From Candidatus Omnitrophota bacterium (GTDB taxonomy: Bacteria; Omnitrophota; Omnitrophia; Omnitrophales; Aquincolibacteriaceae): DNA of 64,000 nt. The notes under the pieces are model-generated. The model was not told where the DNA came from. It was given only the letters and a program-made list of their open reading frames with translations, and did not search any database. The translations under genes were made by a program, and so were the position numbers. Within the stretch, counting starts at the first letter, position 1. Every line of letters starts with the position of its first letter. The stretch spans positions 8,581 through 72,580 of the forward strand of contig CAIOAT010000016.1 of NCBI GenBank assembly GCA_903856085.1, given 5' to 3'. Below are positions 1 through 9,385 of this stretch, piece by piece.

Positions 1-23
1 TCAGCAAGAGAGCTTCGGACATA

Positions 24-965
24 TTACATCCTCAATTTCTGGCGCATTTTATTCAGGACAATCTCGGAAACAAGGTTCAGGACAAACGTAAAAGTAAAAA
101 GCACGGCTCCGACTAGAAAAAGCGCGTAGTAGTGTTCGCTGCCCTGGGCTACGGAACCGAGCTCCGCAGCAATATTGGCGGTCATAGTCCGGACACTTGA
201 AAAAATATTACCTGTTACAAGTGCGGCATTGCCGGTCGCCATAAGCACGATCATCGTTTCCCCGAGCGCTCGCCCGAATCCAAGAATGATCGCCGCCGAG
301 ATCCCCGAAACTGCGGCCGGTACGACCGTTCCCCACACTGTCTGCCACTTCGTGGCACCTAAGGCATACGAGGCGTCCCGCAAGTCTTTGGGTACTGCCC
401 GCATCGCGTCCTCCGCAATGGTAATCATGATCGGCAGAACAGCCAGGGCTACCCCGCAAGCACCGACAAAAGCATTCAAGCGGAACTTGGTATGGAAAGT
501 ATTCTGAATAAAGGTCGCGATAAAAGCCAGCATCACAAATCCGATCACAACCGAGGGGATACCAGCCAAAAGCTCCAGTGTTGGCTTCAGAATTTCACGA
601 ACTTTGGAGGGGGCAAGTTCTGAAAGATAGATTGCACAGCCGAGTCCGAGAACGCCGGCAATGACCGTAGCGGGAAAAGCCACAAGAAGGCTGCCGCAAA
701 TAAGCGGAATGAGGGAATACTTTGGGACTTCGGATATCGATTGCCACATCATCTTGAAAACATAGTGTCCTTCCCAATCGTCGTACACCCATTTCCCAAT
801 CAGGTCAAATGGATTGGCCGTAAAAAAGAACCGCACAGCTTCTTTGAAAAGAAAAACAAAAATCAAGGCCATAATAAGCATCGACGAGATCCCTGCCAAA
901 AGCAAAAGCTTCTGGATCAGCCACTCTGAGAAATTCCCGCTTTTTTTCGTCAGTCGATGTCTCAT
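24..965 (-). CDS. pstC: Phosphate ABC transporter permease PstC
   Basis: 313-aa polytopic permease with ABC-transporter permease signature (EAA-like loop '...AIAEDAMRAVPKDLRDASYALGATKWQ...'); immediately downstream of pstS in the same orientation; next gene (pstA) appears to begin at window edge. Confidence 0.85.
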   Translation of the reverse strand: MRHRLTKKSGNFSEWLIQKLLLLAGISSMLIMALIFVFLFKEAVRFFFTANPFDLIGKWVYDDWEGHYVFKMMWQSISEVPKYSLIPLICGSLLVAFPATVIAGVLGLGCAIYLSELAPSKVREILKPTLELLAGIPSVVIGFVMLAFIATFIQNTFHTKFRLNAFVGACGVALAVLPIMITIAEDAMRAVPKDLRDASYALGATKWQTVWGTVVPAAVSGISAAIILGFGRALGETMIVLMATGNAALVTGNIFSSVRTMTANIAAELGSVAQGSEHYYALFLVGAVLFTFTFVLNLVSEIVLNKMRQKLRM

Positions 966-1048
966 TTTCCCCAGCTCATCTTAAAGGAAACAAGCGCCCC
1001 CAATGCGAGGGCGCCTGTTTCCCTTAATAATTTGGTTTCTTTACGATT

Positions 1049-1924
1049 CTACTTCTTCAGTTTCAATGGAACATACCCGATTTCTTCGACGATCTTCTGA
1101 CCTTCCGGACTCATGATCCAGTCCAGATAAGCTTTGATCTCGCCCTTGGGCTTAAAACCGGTGTACATATACAAATAGCGCCAAATAGGATACGTCCCGC
1201 TCCAGGCTGCTTCATAGTCAAGCGTTCCATCAGCCTTAACCGGGTTGATGGCCGGGGACTTATCATCCCTCTTCACGGAAAGGATCTTCACTCCCGGCTG
1301 CTTAATGTAATAAGCTGCGCCCCCGTAACCAATACCATTGGGATCCTTGGAAACCGCATTGGCAATCGCCGAGGTTCCGGGCATGGTCTGACAATCCGCC
1401 GCATAATCTTTGTTCTTGAGAACTTCTTCTTTGAGGAATGTATAGGTCCCGCTTGACGACTCACGGCAATACCGGAGGATGGGTTGATTGGGCCCGCCAA
1501 TTTCATTCCAGTTATTGATATTACCCATATAGATCCCCTGAATCTGTTTCAAGGAAAGTTCCTTGATAGGATTTGAAGCATTTACCACGATGGCCAAACT
1601 ATCCATCGCGACCTTGAATTCTTCAGGATAGTAACCGGCGGCTTTCGCTTTATCCATCTCGCTGGCCTTGATCTTGCGGCTGGCGTTCGCGATATCGGTA
1701 GTCCCATTGATCAGGGCTGCAATTCCGACACCTGAACCACCTCCGGTCACCTGGATCGCGGCTTCAGGGTGCTTCTGCATGTAGACTTCGGCCCACTTCT
1801 GCCCCATGACCACGATCGTGTCGGAACCCTTGACAGTGATGTTCTTCGCGGCGAAGGCTGACGGAATTATGGCCGCCAAAGCCATCACCAAAACACCCCT
1901 TATAACCCAACGCGTTGTTTTCAT
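1049..1924 (-). CDS. pstS: Phosphate-binding periplasmic protein PstS
   Basis: PBP-type protein with signal peptide (MKTTRWVIRGVLVMALAAIIPSAFA), 'GSDT' and 'GGGSGVG' motifs typical of PstS; start moved to ATG at 1924 preceded by GGAGAAG SD. Confidence 0.85.
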   Translation of the reverse strand: MKTTRWVIRGVLVMALAAIIPSAFAAKNITVKGSDTIVVMGQKWAEVYMQKHPEAAIQVTGGGSGVGIAALINGTTDIANASRKIKASEMDKAKAAGYYPEEFKVAMDSLAIVVNASNPIKELSLKQIQGIYMGNINNWNEIGGPNQPILRYCRESSSGTYTFLKEEVLKNKDYAADCQTMPGTSAIANAVSKDPNGIGYGGAAYYIKQPGVKILSVKRDDKSPAINPVKADGTLDYEAAWSGTYPIWRYLYMYTGFKPKGEIKAYLDWIMSPEGQKIVEEIGYVPLKLKK

Positions 1925-1996
1925 TTTAGCTTCTCCTTTTGACGCCTTCAGTTTAAATGAAAGCATCCTGGTTAGATGTAAAATTCCTGTAAACTC

Positions 1997-3583
1997 TTAG
2001 AACTTATACGTCATATCGAGCTGAAACCGGCGAACCGATTGATCCGTTTGCATACCCGTCGTATAAATGGAGTTTCTCTGAGTGATCGGTCGAACGAGGT
2101 AACACGCGCCATTCACGGTCAGATAATCGGTGAGGTTGTATCCCAACTTGATGACACTGCCATCTTTGTCAGCACCACCATAGTTATACCCGCCAAAGTC
2201 GCTATCATTAAAAGCGCCAGGTACAGAGTTTGCACCGATATACTTGTATTGGTAGCTCGTCTGCCAATCCCCCTTTTTCACGAGCTTCCCGAGCGTGAGA
2301 CCTAGCGACCAGGCATACTCGCCACCCTGCATCGTGTAATTTTGGGCCGCTCCAGTCTGAGCACCAATTCCAGATGTGTTGCTCATATTCCGCGCAAATT
2401 CAGCGAATGGTTTTACGGGAACACCGTAAGGATAGAGATTAACCTCCTGATACAAGCTCAGAACATTAAACTTTCCTGCCGCCAACCTAGATCCGTCAAT
2501 CGGATTTCCATTAGCGAAACTCGTAGCAGGAGTGCTTCCATTATAGGCATTCCAATTGGAGTTCTCGGCGTAATGCTGATAATTGTAAACAGAAAGTGCC
2601 GTAAGCGCATCCACAGGCCTTTCCATTCCGGGAACATAGAAAACGGGATTCAACCCAACTTGATAAGCGAACAGGTTGGCGTCTTTTCCCTGGGAAGGTT
2701 GATTTGCCACGCCATTAGCGGTGGCATAGGTAGCTGTATTCCCATTCTCCTGGAGGATGAATTGGCCCAAGGTAGCGTAGGCTTTAAGATCCAGGTTATC
2801 GGTCTTTAAGAGCCGCGCATCGATCTTTTCATAGGCACCTTCCGGTTTCAGGTCCCGGTCCCAGATCATATCGGTAGAACCTTTTTCGAAAGGATTGTTG
2901 AATTTACCGCCAGTAACCTCCAAACCCGAGACTGCCAAATCCCCGACGGGATTGATCTTGGCCCATTCCGGAGTGTAGGTTGCGTAAGCCTTTTCGATCC
3001 AGATGTTTTTGAAGGTGAAATCATTACCAAGGGTTTGATTCGTAGAGATGGGGTCGGTGTTACCGTTGGCCGAAGTCGAACCGCCGCTGGCCATCGAAAA
3101 ACCGACTTTCATTTCCGGATTGAATGTTTTTTCAAATCCATAGCGCAGGCGGATACGAAACCGGTTTCTGTCCGGCTGGTAAGTATTAACGCCCGCAGGA
3201 GCTGTCGTTCCATTCCAGCGATTACCGGTTAGGCCAAACGCCTCATATCTCAAACGAAGATCTCCGCTGAACTTGAGGTCCTTGAGCCACTTGTTGGCAC
3301 CGCCGGTCGAATCGCTCAAGCGCTGATTGAATTCGGCTTCACTCATCGGAGGAGTTGCTTCCACGCCGCTAGGAGCCACAGCGATCTTCCCGCCGTTACC
3401 TGCCTTGAGCGCCTGGATCTCTGATTTCTGCGCCATGACGGTCGACTGCAGATCGTTCATCTGTTTCTGCATGTTCTTGACCATATCCATGAGCTGCGCT
3501 TCATCCGCGAACGCCGCAGACGAAAAAGTCATAAGGCAAACGACTAAAATGCTCGCCAGTTTTGTGAAAGGGTGGTATTTCAT
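1997..3583 (-). CDS. Outer-membrane porin, probably phosphate-selective (OprO/OprP-like), with N-terminal coiled coil
   Basis: Signal peptide (MKYHPFTKLASILVVCLMTFSSAAFA), N-terminal coiled-coil segment, long alternating beta-strand region rich in G/Y/N, C-terminal '...YKF' aromatic terminus typical of beta-barrel OMPs; sits directly upstream of pstSC; start set to ATG 3583 with GGAGGAG SD (ORF track start is further upstream). Confidence 0.6.
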   Translation of the reverse strand: MKYHPFTKLASILVVCLMTFSSAAFADEAQLMDMVKNMQKQMNDLQSTVMAQKSEIQALKAGNGGKIAVAPSGVEATPPMSEAEFNQRLSDSTGGANKWLKDLKFSGDLRLRYEAFGLTGNRWNGTTAPAGVNTYQPDRNRFRIRLRYGFEKTFNPEMKVGFSMASGGSTSANGNTDPISTNQTLGNDFTFKNIWIEKAYATYTPEWAKINPVGDLAVSGLEVTGGKFNNPFEKGSTDMIWDRDLKPEGAYEKIDARLLKTDNLDLKAYATLGQFILQENGNTATYATANGVANQPSQGKDANLFAYQVGLNPVFYVPGMERPVDALTALSVYNYQHYAENSNWNAYNGSTPATSFANGNPIDGSRLAAGKFNVLSLYQEVNLYPYGVPVKPFAEFARNMSNTSGIGAQTGAAQNYTMQGGEYAWSLGLTLGKLVKKGDWQTSYQYKYIGANSVPGAFNDSDFGGYNYGGADKDGSVIKLGYNLTDYLTVNGACYLVRPITQRNSIYTTGMQTDQSVRRFQLDMTYKF

Positions 3584-3699
3584 AAGATTGGATCTCCTCC
3601 GGTTGAATGGGAATGGGGCAGAATTCTTTTCTGTCCGTTTGATTTTCATGCCGGAAGTATAGAAAACCCGTGTCAGGTCTCCATGATGGAAATGTAAAG

Positions 3700-3732
3700 A
3701 AATTGTAAGGAAAAAAGTGACGGCTTTCGGAT
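3700..3732 (-). promoter_or_regulatory. Candidate Pho-box-like direct repeats upstream of porin-pstSC operon
   Basis: TGTAAAG / TGTAAGG direct repeats with 11-bp periodicity (TTACA-type half-sites on the coding strand) ~120 bp upstream of porin start; pattern resembles PhoB/PhoP boxes; unverified. Confidence 0.2.
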
Positions 3733-3918
3733 GGAGCAAGGAACAACTTGCTAACAACCTGCTAGGAGCTAACATTGTGGACAAGATTCAGAAAAGCTCC
3801 CCCTCCCTGCAGGAAGAGGACTGGAATGGAGGCGTGGGATCACCTGAAGACTTCCCATTGGTAGCGCAGTTTCACCTCGACGCAATTACTTAGAGGGGAC
3901 CCCGTTTTTCAGGGCTTC

Positions 3919-4776
3919 TTAGTAAACCGCCTGCACAAATCTCTGTTTGTTGAGAGGCGGGCGTTTGTAACCTTTATCTTTCTGGCGCTTTGGAATGACG
4001 AGTTTCTTTTGGGTCACATCTCTATAGGGGATCTGAGCCAATAGATGTGTCATGCAATTCAGGCGGGAACGTTTTTTGTCGTTCGAGTCCACCACATGCC
4101 AGGGAGAATCCTTGGTGTCCGTATGTTCAAACATGACATCCTTGGCTTTTGAATATTCCACCCAGCGAGCGCGGGCTTCTAAATCCATCGGGCTGAGTTT
4201 CCAGCGCCGGGCGGGATCCTTGAGCCTTTCCTGAAAGCGCGCTTCCTGCACGGCATCGCTGACCGAAAACCAGTATTTAATGAGAATAGTTCCGGAACGG
4301 ATCAGTTCTTTCTCGAATTGCGGGCAAAAATCCAAAAAATCCCGGTACTCCGCATCCGTGCAAAAGCCCATCACGCGTTCGACGCCCGCACGGTTGTACC
4401 AACTGCGATCAAAAAGCACCACCTCCCCGGCGGCCGGCAAATACGCGGCATACCGCTGGAAATACCACTGTGTTTTTTCCCGCTCCGTAGGAGTTCCCAA
4501 CGCCGCGATCCGGACAATGCGCGGGTTCGTGAGTCCCGTTATCCGTTTGATCACGCCCCCCTTACCGGCCGCATCACGCCCCTCAAAAAGCACCACGACC
4601 TTGAGCCCCTTAAACTTGACCCACTCTTCCAATTTGACCATCTCGGTTTGCAGCCGCTCGATTTCCCGGTCGTAAATCTTGTTTTTAAGTTTCTTGGGCA
4701 GGCCGTCGAGCTTTCCGGATTTTTTCTTCAGGATCTTCCTTATTTCTTCTTTCACATGTTGATCCTTCTTGCCCAT
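3919..4776 (-). CDS. ppk2: Polyphosphate kinase 2 (PPK2 family polyP:NDP/AMP phosphotransferase)
   Basis: Walker A 'FEGRDAAGKGG', Walker B and PPK2 lid motifs; ~285 aa single-domain PPK2. Confidence 0.85.
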   Translation of the reverse strand: MGKKDQHVKEEIRKILKKKSGKLDGLPKKLKNKIYDREIERLQTEMVKLEEWVKFKGLKVVVLFEGRDAAGKGGVIKRITGLTNPRIVRIAALGTPTEREKTQWYFQRYAAYLPAAGEVVLFDRSWYNRAGVERVMGFCTDAEYRDFLDFCPQFEKELIRSGTILIKYWFSVSDAVQEARFQERLKDPARRWKLSPMDLEARARWVEYSKAKDVMFEHTDTKDSPWHVVDSNDKKRSRLNCMTHLLAQIPYRDVTQKKLVIPKRQKDKGYKRPPLNKQRFVQAVY

Positions 4777-4840
4777 AAGAATCCTCCGATCGTCTAAAGC
4801 CTTTTTACTTCTTTGAATGTTCCTGCCGCAAAACAGAGGT

Positions 4841-5398
4841 TCAGATCTTCACTTCGTTGGGGTAAGCGAGTTTCTTAAGCTCTTCTATCATTTGCTCGAC
4901 ATTTTTTGTTTCAGCGCTATCAGGGCCTATTTTTTTCAGACGAATATTCAGCGCCTTGTTGAGAATATCGATGGCGGCCGTGTATTTTTTTTGCATGGCA
5001 TAAGCAACACCAAGGTTAAAATAAATCGCCGCCATTTCCACGCCTTCTTTGTCCAACTTTTTAAGATCGATCAGGACAGCCAGCTTGTAGAGCTGCTCGG
5101 CTTCCGACGCACGCTTCAGGTACAAATAAAGATTTGCCAGATTATTCATGGTATCTGCGGCTTCCAGGCTGTCTTTCCCGTACTCCTCTTTCGCCACCTG
5201 AACGGCTTTTTCTGCGGCTTGAAGCGCTGCCGGCAAGTCCCTCGCTTCATTTGCGGCAACGAGCTGATCGTTCAAAGCTTGTATCTTTGCCGCACCTGCA
5301 CTGTGATCCTTCGCGAGCACAGGCTCCGCCTGCGCAGTAAGACAGATGAGAGCACTCAGAGTAAGCATTGAAATATAGCGGCATTTTTTCATCATCAT
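4841..5398 (-). CDS. TPR-repeat secreted/lipoprotein
   Basis: N-terminal signal peptide (MMMKKCRYISMLTLSALICLTAQA), three TPR-like helical repeats (…NNLANLYLYLKRASEAEQLYKLAV…, …YFNLGVAYAMQKKYTAAIDILNKAL…). Confidence 0.6.
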   Translation of the reverse strand: MMMKKCRYISMLTLSALICLTAQAEPVLAKDHSAGAAKIQALNDQLVAANEARDLPAALQAAEKAVQVAKEEYGKDSLEAADTMNNLANLYLYLKRASEAEQLYKLAVLIDLKKLDKEGVEMAAIYFNLGVAYAMQKKYTAAIDILNKALNIRLKKIGPDSAETKNVEQMIEELKKLAYPNEVKI

Positions 5399-5901
5399 TT
5401 TAAATCTCCGGATTCCTGAAACTATTTCTCTCCTTAAGACGCAGGATTGTAGTCCTTTGGAAAGCGGAAATCAAATCTTCCGAAGCTTTCTGATAGTTTT
5501 TACACATATTTATCATCACCGTCATGGGGTATTTACATAGAAATGCGAGACTTGGGTCAGAATAAAGAATAAAACAAGCTTGCGAAAGGGGATCAACCAT
5601 GATCAGCCAATTAGACTGCCTCGAAGACTTGATGGATTGGAATTCTTGCACCGAAATCAAATCGGCGCCTACCGCACGCGTGGGAAAGAGTTTTTTCCCT
5701 GTTTTTATGATCGAGTCCGCAACGACATCACCGGCCGGCAAAGAAATGGACTCGTGGCTTATCCGGTCCGGGCTTTCTCCCCAAGCAAGCCTTGCCTTCA
5801 GCCGGATCGGGATCTACACGGATTTTTCTTAGCCCTAATCCAAAAAGATCGCGAATCTTGCCTCTTATTTTGAACTTCACGGAACGTTCGGGGATCTGTG
5901 A

Positions 5902-6717
5902 TCAAGAGACGGGAACAAACTGGGCCTGAGCGGCTTCCCAGAGCTGACGGGCCAGATCTTTCCGCTGACCCGCTCTTATCGGCCTGTCGCCAAAAACAAA
6001 ACGCGCCTTGAAGGTCCTCATCCGAAGCAGGTCCTTCAAGTGCGGCATGAATTCCATATCGCCCCACCAGCAAACAGACCGGCTGGCCGGGGTTTCTTCC
6101 CGGGGCGTTCGATAGAAGATCGTAACAAAATGGACAGGATAGAGCCTGTCGGCGGCCGATCTAAAAAGCGCCGCATTAAAAGGAAGGATCCCGCTTCCTG
6201 CGCTGCTGGTTCCTTCCGGAAAAAACAAGACACCTTTCCGTCCCTCGAACGCCTCTTCGATCTCCCGGTTGACGCGGATCGCATCCCGGGCATTGTCCCG
6301 GTCCACAAAGATACAATCGAAAGCTTTGATCACGCTTCCAAGAAAAGGCCATTCCTCGACTTCCCTTTTTGCAATAAAAACAGCGTCAAGCTGGGTCGCT
6401 AGGGCGATGATATCGACATAGCTTAGATGATTGCTAATAATAACATAGGGGGACTCCGGCGGCGTCCCGCGAACAGTGATGCGCATTCCAAGCACGGCAG
6501 CTGAGGCACGGGCCCAGAATCTGAAAACGATCTTCCTCCAGCGCCAGCCGGCCGCAGGAAGAAGGAACCTTCTGAAAAAAATAAGAAGGTAGGTCAATAC
6601 AAGCACCGAAAAAATCAAAAAGATGCGGACCCGGGCTCGGATCGAACCCCGGAGGCTCTCTACGAAACCGGCTATTTCAGTTATGAAAGAAGTCAAAGGT
6701 CTTTTCATCGAGATCAT
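5902..6717 (-). CDS. olsA: Lysophospholipid/lyso-ornithine-lipid O-acyltransferase (PlsC/OlsA-like LPLAT)
   Basis: HX4D acyltransferase motif 'NHLSYVDI', 'FPEGT' motif, N-terminal TM anchor; overlaps the upstream GNAT gene (olsB-like) by tens of bp; exact start uncertain (ATG 6717/6708 or TTG 6795). Confidence 0.6.
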   Translation of the reverse strand: MISMKRPLTSFITEIAGFVESLRGSIRARVRIFLIFSVLVLTYLLIFFRRFLLPAAGWRWRKIVFRFWARASAAVLGMRITVRGTPPESPYVIISNHLSYVDIIALATQLDAVFIAKREVEEWPFLGSVIKAFDCIFVDRDNARDAIRVNREIEEAFEGRKGVLFFPEGTSSAGSGILPFNAALFRSAADRLYPVHFVTIFYRTPREETPASRSVCWWGDMEFMPHLKDLLRMRTFKARFVFGDRPIRAGQRKDLARQLWEAAQAQFVPVS

Positions 6718-7474
6718 CAATGTCGAGAAGTGTAAGAAAATCAATAGTGCCGAACGCGCGGTCCACGGCAGGTTCACTGCAGATCCGCGCCCCAAAATTC
6801 AGATAGGCCTTCAGCAAGCGAGGGATCGTCTTTTTTTTCAAGGGATACGGTGCCTCGAGAGGCTCCCCACATTCAAAATCAGGACAAACGCCAAGAAAAA
6901 TCTCCGGATGCAAATAGCCATGGGTGGATAAATAATCAAACGCATGCCAACCCTCACGGGGGTCCTGTTCCGTCAAAGAGGTGCAGCCGAAGAGGTACCG
7001 CTTCCCTTTCATCTCGAGATATTTCACAAGCCCCTTCCACAAGAGGAAAAGAACTTTGACGTTCCGATGCTCCTTTGCAATGCACGCGCGACCGATCTCG
7101 ATCCCGTTCTTCAAGTATGCGTTCGGGAACCTAGTAAAATCGAATTCCGCGGCAGAATAAAAACCAATATTCGCCTGCGCCATTTCGAAGGTTTGAAGAC
7201 GATAGGTCCCGACGGGCACCCCCGTCCTGTTCTCGCAGATAACAAGATGATCGCAATAGCGGTCAAAACCATCCTCGTCCTTACCGGACAAGTGCGACCG
7301 GAGAAGTCCCTCCTGCAGCTCCAGGTTAAAAACCCGATATCTTAAGCGGAGTACAGCATCCAGATCCGGTGAATCCCCTTTGAGAAAACGAATGTGGAAC
7401 CCTTTGTCCGGAGGAGCAGAGACAAGGTCCGAACGGACCTCCTGGCTTGCGCCTTTTTCCTGAACGGCGCTCAT
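6677..7474 (-). CDS. olsB: GNAT-family N-acyltransferase of the OlsB/hemolysin-like family (ornithine N-acyltransferase candidate)
   Basis: Sequence features of the PF13444-type GNAT ('...LRLRYRVFNLELQEG...', 'YLFGCTSL') and pairing with a PlsC-like gene downstream; start ATG at 7474 overlaps stop of PHP gene (ATGA). Confidence 0.55.
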   Translation of the reverse strand: MSAVQEKGASQEVRSDLVSAPPDKGFHIRFLKGDSPDLDAVLRLRYRVFNLELQEGLLRSHLSGKDEDGFDRYCDHLVICENRTGVPVGTYRLQTFEMAQANIGFYSAAEFDFTRFPNAYLKNGIEIGRACIAKEHRNVKVLFLLWKGLVKYLEMKGKRYLFGCTSLTEQDPREGWHAFDYLSTHGYLHPEIFLGVCPDFECGEPLEAPYPLKKKTIPRLLKAYLNFGARICSEPAVDRAFGTIDFLTLLDIDDLDEKTFDFFHN

Positions 7475-9231
7475 AAGCACCTCACCACAGATGGATTTTC
7501 AAAAAGTTCATTCCGCCGCTTAAAAAGAATCTTTTCTTGAGACTCATCCCCGCGATACTCCCCATCTGCGAGGTTGCAGAGATACTTCAGATATTTTTCA
7601 ACAGCCTCAAAAGTACCGTCTTCGGTATCGGGGAGATCGGCGCGGGAAACTTCCGGAGAAAACGTCACAAGACATTTGACATCCAGCATACGGGCCGCAA
7701 TAAACCCAAGCAATCCGATCGGCCCCGGCGTATCGATCACGATACGATCGGGATTCCATTTCTCGATCACCGAGAGCGCCCCGAGAACCGATGGAATCCT
7801 GAGCGAGAAACAACCGAAAAATCGTCTTCGAAGGAGCCCGATCATCGGCAGGTCGAGCGCCCCGGAACAACCCAGCGGCCTTCGCGGACGGGAACAGACA
7901 GCCACTCTGACAGACTGACCTCTGGCGAGGTTCCGCTTGGAGCGGAATTCTTCGAGATCCCTCAGCGACCTTACGGCATCCGAGAACCAGAGACTCCTTT
8001 CCGGGATTTTCGCCGACCTGGCCGGACATTCTTCATGGAACTCAAGGTCTTCCAACAGCCTCTTGTTATGGTTCAACAAACGGAGTGCAGCAAAGAACGG
8101 CGCACCGAGGAATGTGGTCGCAATAATGCCTTTTTTCAGCCAGCGGGCCTTTCCGGCACGCCCCTGCTTCGGCCCAAGAGCCTGGATCATGTTCCGGACG
8201 ATCTCATCGAGCAATATTGTCAGTTGTTTGTAAACAAGATCGATCCTCTGGACGGAGGAGAGGGAGCTATTCGAGGCATACCCTCGGAAAATACCAGAAA
8301 AGAATTTCCCGAGAACCTTATGAAAATTCCGTGGACTTCGTACAAGAAAAAATGAGAGGACGCGAAGTAATCCACCGTGGGATTTATTCCCCCGAAGCAT
8401 CCCGCCAATTTCGCGGGAGATGAACGCGGGGCTCTTTTTCCCAGCGAGATCACCATAAACGTGCCCCCCGATCAAGATAAAGCTCAAAGCCATGGACTTA
8501 TAATCGTGGTTACGGCCAAACCCGAATGTCTTTTTATCACGAAGAGATTGCAGAAAATCTTGCTTTGTCCTGCCAGAGGCCACCGTGAAGGTATCCCCGA
8601 TAAAAAGACCAGCATGATCATCCGACCCGCCTGTCAGTCCCTTAATCCAGCTGTCTTCCGAGAAAGGTTCGATCCGATGCTTGGCATGCAACCGTTCGAT
8701 ATCTTCGTGGGTCAAATGCTCGATGGCCTCGGTCCATTCCTGGTTATGACGGGTGGCATGAGCACCGTTCACACTTTCAAAAACATCGAAAAGCAAAATA
8801 AGCTTTTCAAGGCCGTCGCGATCAATCTTGCGATTCACGCTGAGCGTTGCGTGAGCAACCGAATAGGCGAGCCTTTCTGCACGGATATAATCCCTGAAAG
8901 CATAAATGTTCGAACGGAGCCCCAGGAGCTTCGCGAACTGTTTTTCTGTAAGATCGAAAACAAGGATGTGAACCTTGCAATGGTTCTCCGGGAAAACAAC
9001 CGAAAACTCACAACTAACAAAGGCTTCGGCGGGATACTTGTGGGCCAGACGGAGCGCTCCCTCAATAGAATTGTGGTCGGTCACCGTAACAAAATCCATT
9101 TTCTTGAATTTTGCAACGCGATAAATATGCTCGAGCTCCGTATAGGATTCACGGACCCCGAGCGCTTTCAACGTCCACTCATCTCCATCCAGAGAATACT
9201 TCGAATGCAAATGCAGATCGGCTCTAGCCAT
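7471..9231 (-). CDS. PHP-domain metal-dependent phosphoesterase with long C-terminal domain of unknown function
   Basis: N-terminus 'MARADLHLHSKYSLDG…VTDHN' is the PHP (polymerase/histidinol-phosphatase) metal-binding signature; start re-assigned to ATG 9231 with AGGAAAGGAA SD; stop overlaps olsB start. Confidence 0.6.
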   Translation of the reverse strand: MARADLHLHSKYSLDGDEWTLKALGVRESYTELEHIYRVAKFKKMDFVTVTDHNSIEGALRLAHKYPAEAFVSCEFSVVFPENHCKVHILVFDLTEKQFAKLLGLRSNIYAFRDYIRAERLAYSVAHATLSVNRKIDRDGLEKLILLFDVFESVNGAHATRHNQEWTEAIEHLTHEDIERLHAKHRIEPFSEDSWIKGLTGGSDDHAGLFIGDTFTVASGRTKQDFLQSLRDKKTFGFGRNHDYKSMALSFILIGGHVYGDLAGKKSPAFISREIGGMLRGNKSHGGLLRVLSFFLVRSPRNFHKVLGKFFSGIFRGYASNSSLSSVQRIDLVYKQLTILLDEIVRNMIQALGPKQGRAGKARWLKKGIIATTFLGAPFFAALRLLNHNKRLLEDLEFHEECPARSAKIPERSLWFSDAVRSLRDLEEFRSKRNLARGQSVRVAVCSRPRRPLGCSGALDLPMIGLLRRRFFGCFSLRIPSVLGALSVIEKWNPDRIVIDTPGPIGLLGFIAARMLDVKCLVTFSPEVSRADLPDTEDGTFEAVEKYLKYLCNLADGEYRGDESQEKILFKRRNELFENPSVVRCL

Positions 9232-9385
9232 AAATGATTCCTTTCCTGGACTCAAGATCTACCCAGAATCATTATCGACGATCAACATGATGGGAGTGTT
9301 TGGCGGAGGAAAATTCCGTGTAAAATCATTTTGAAACGACGTAATCAGCTCTGGGGAAACAGGTTAAAGAAACCCTGCCGAACGC

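Noticed and set aside
1-29. Possible 5' end of pstA (ATG at ~29 reading toward the window edge, 'MSEALLL…') immediately after the pstC stop
   Set aside because: Only ~9 codons are inside the window, so the call cannot be supported. It is mentioned only as operon context.
4817-5371. 184-aa plus-strand ORF overlapping the TPR gene
   Set aside because: It is antisense to a gene with signal peptide and TPR repeats, and has no SD or domain features.
6625-6650. tRNA T-arm-like string (GGGGTTCGATCCG) on the minus strand
   Set aside because: It lies inside the olsA coding frame, and I could reconstruct no acceptor or anticodon arms. No tRNA is called in this window.
7537-9237. Long plus-strand ORFs (272 aa and 286 aa) antisense to the PHP-domain gene
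   Set aside because: They have no recognisable motifs and lie antisense to a gene with a clear PHP signature and a strong SD. They are typical of spurious antisense ORFs in GC-balanced coding DNA.
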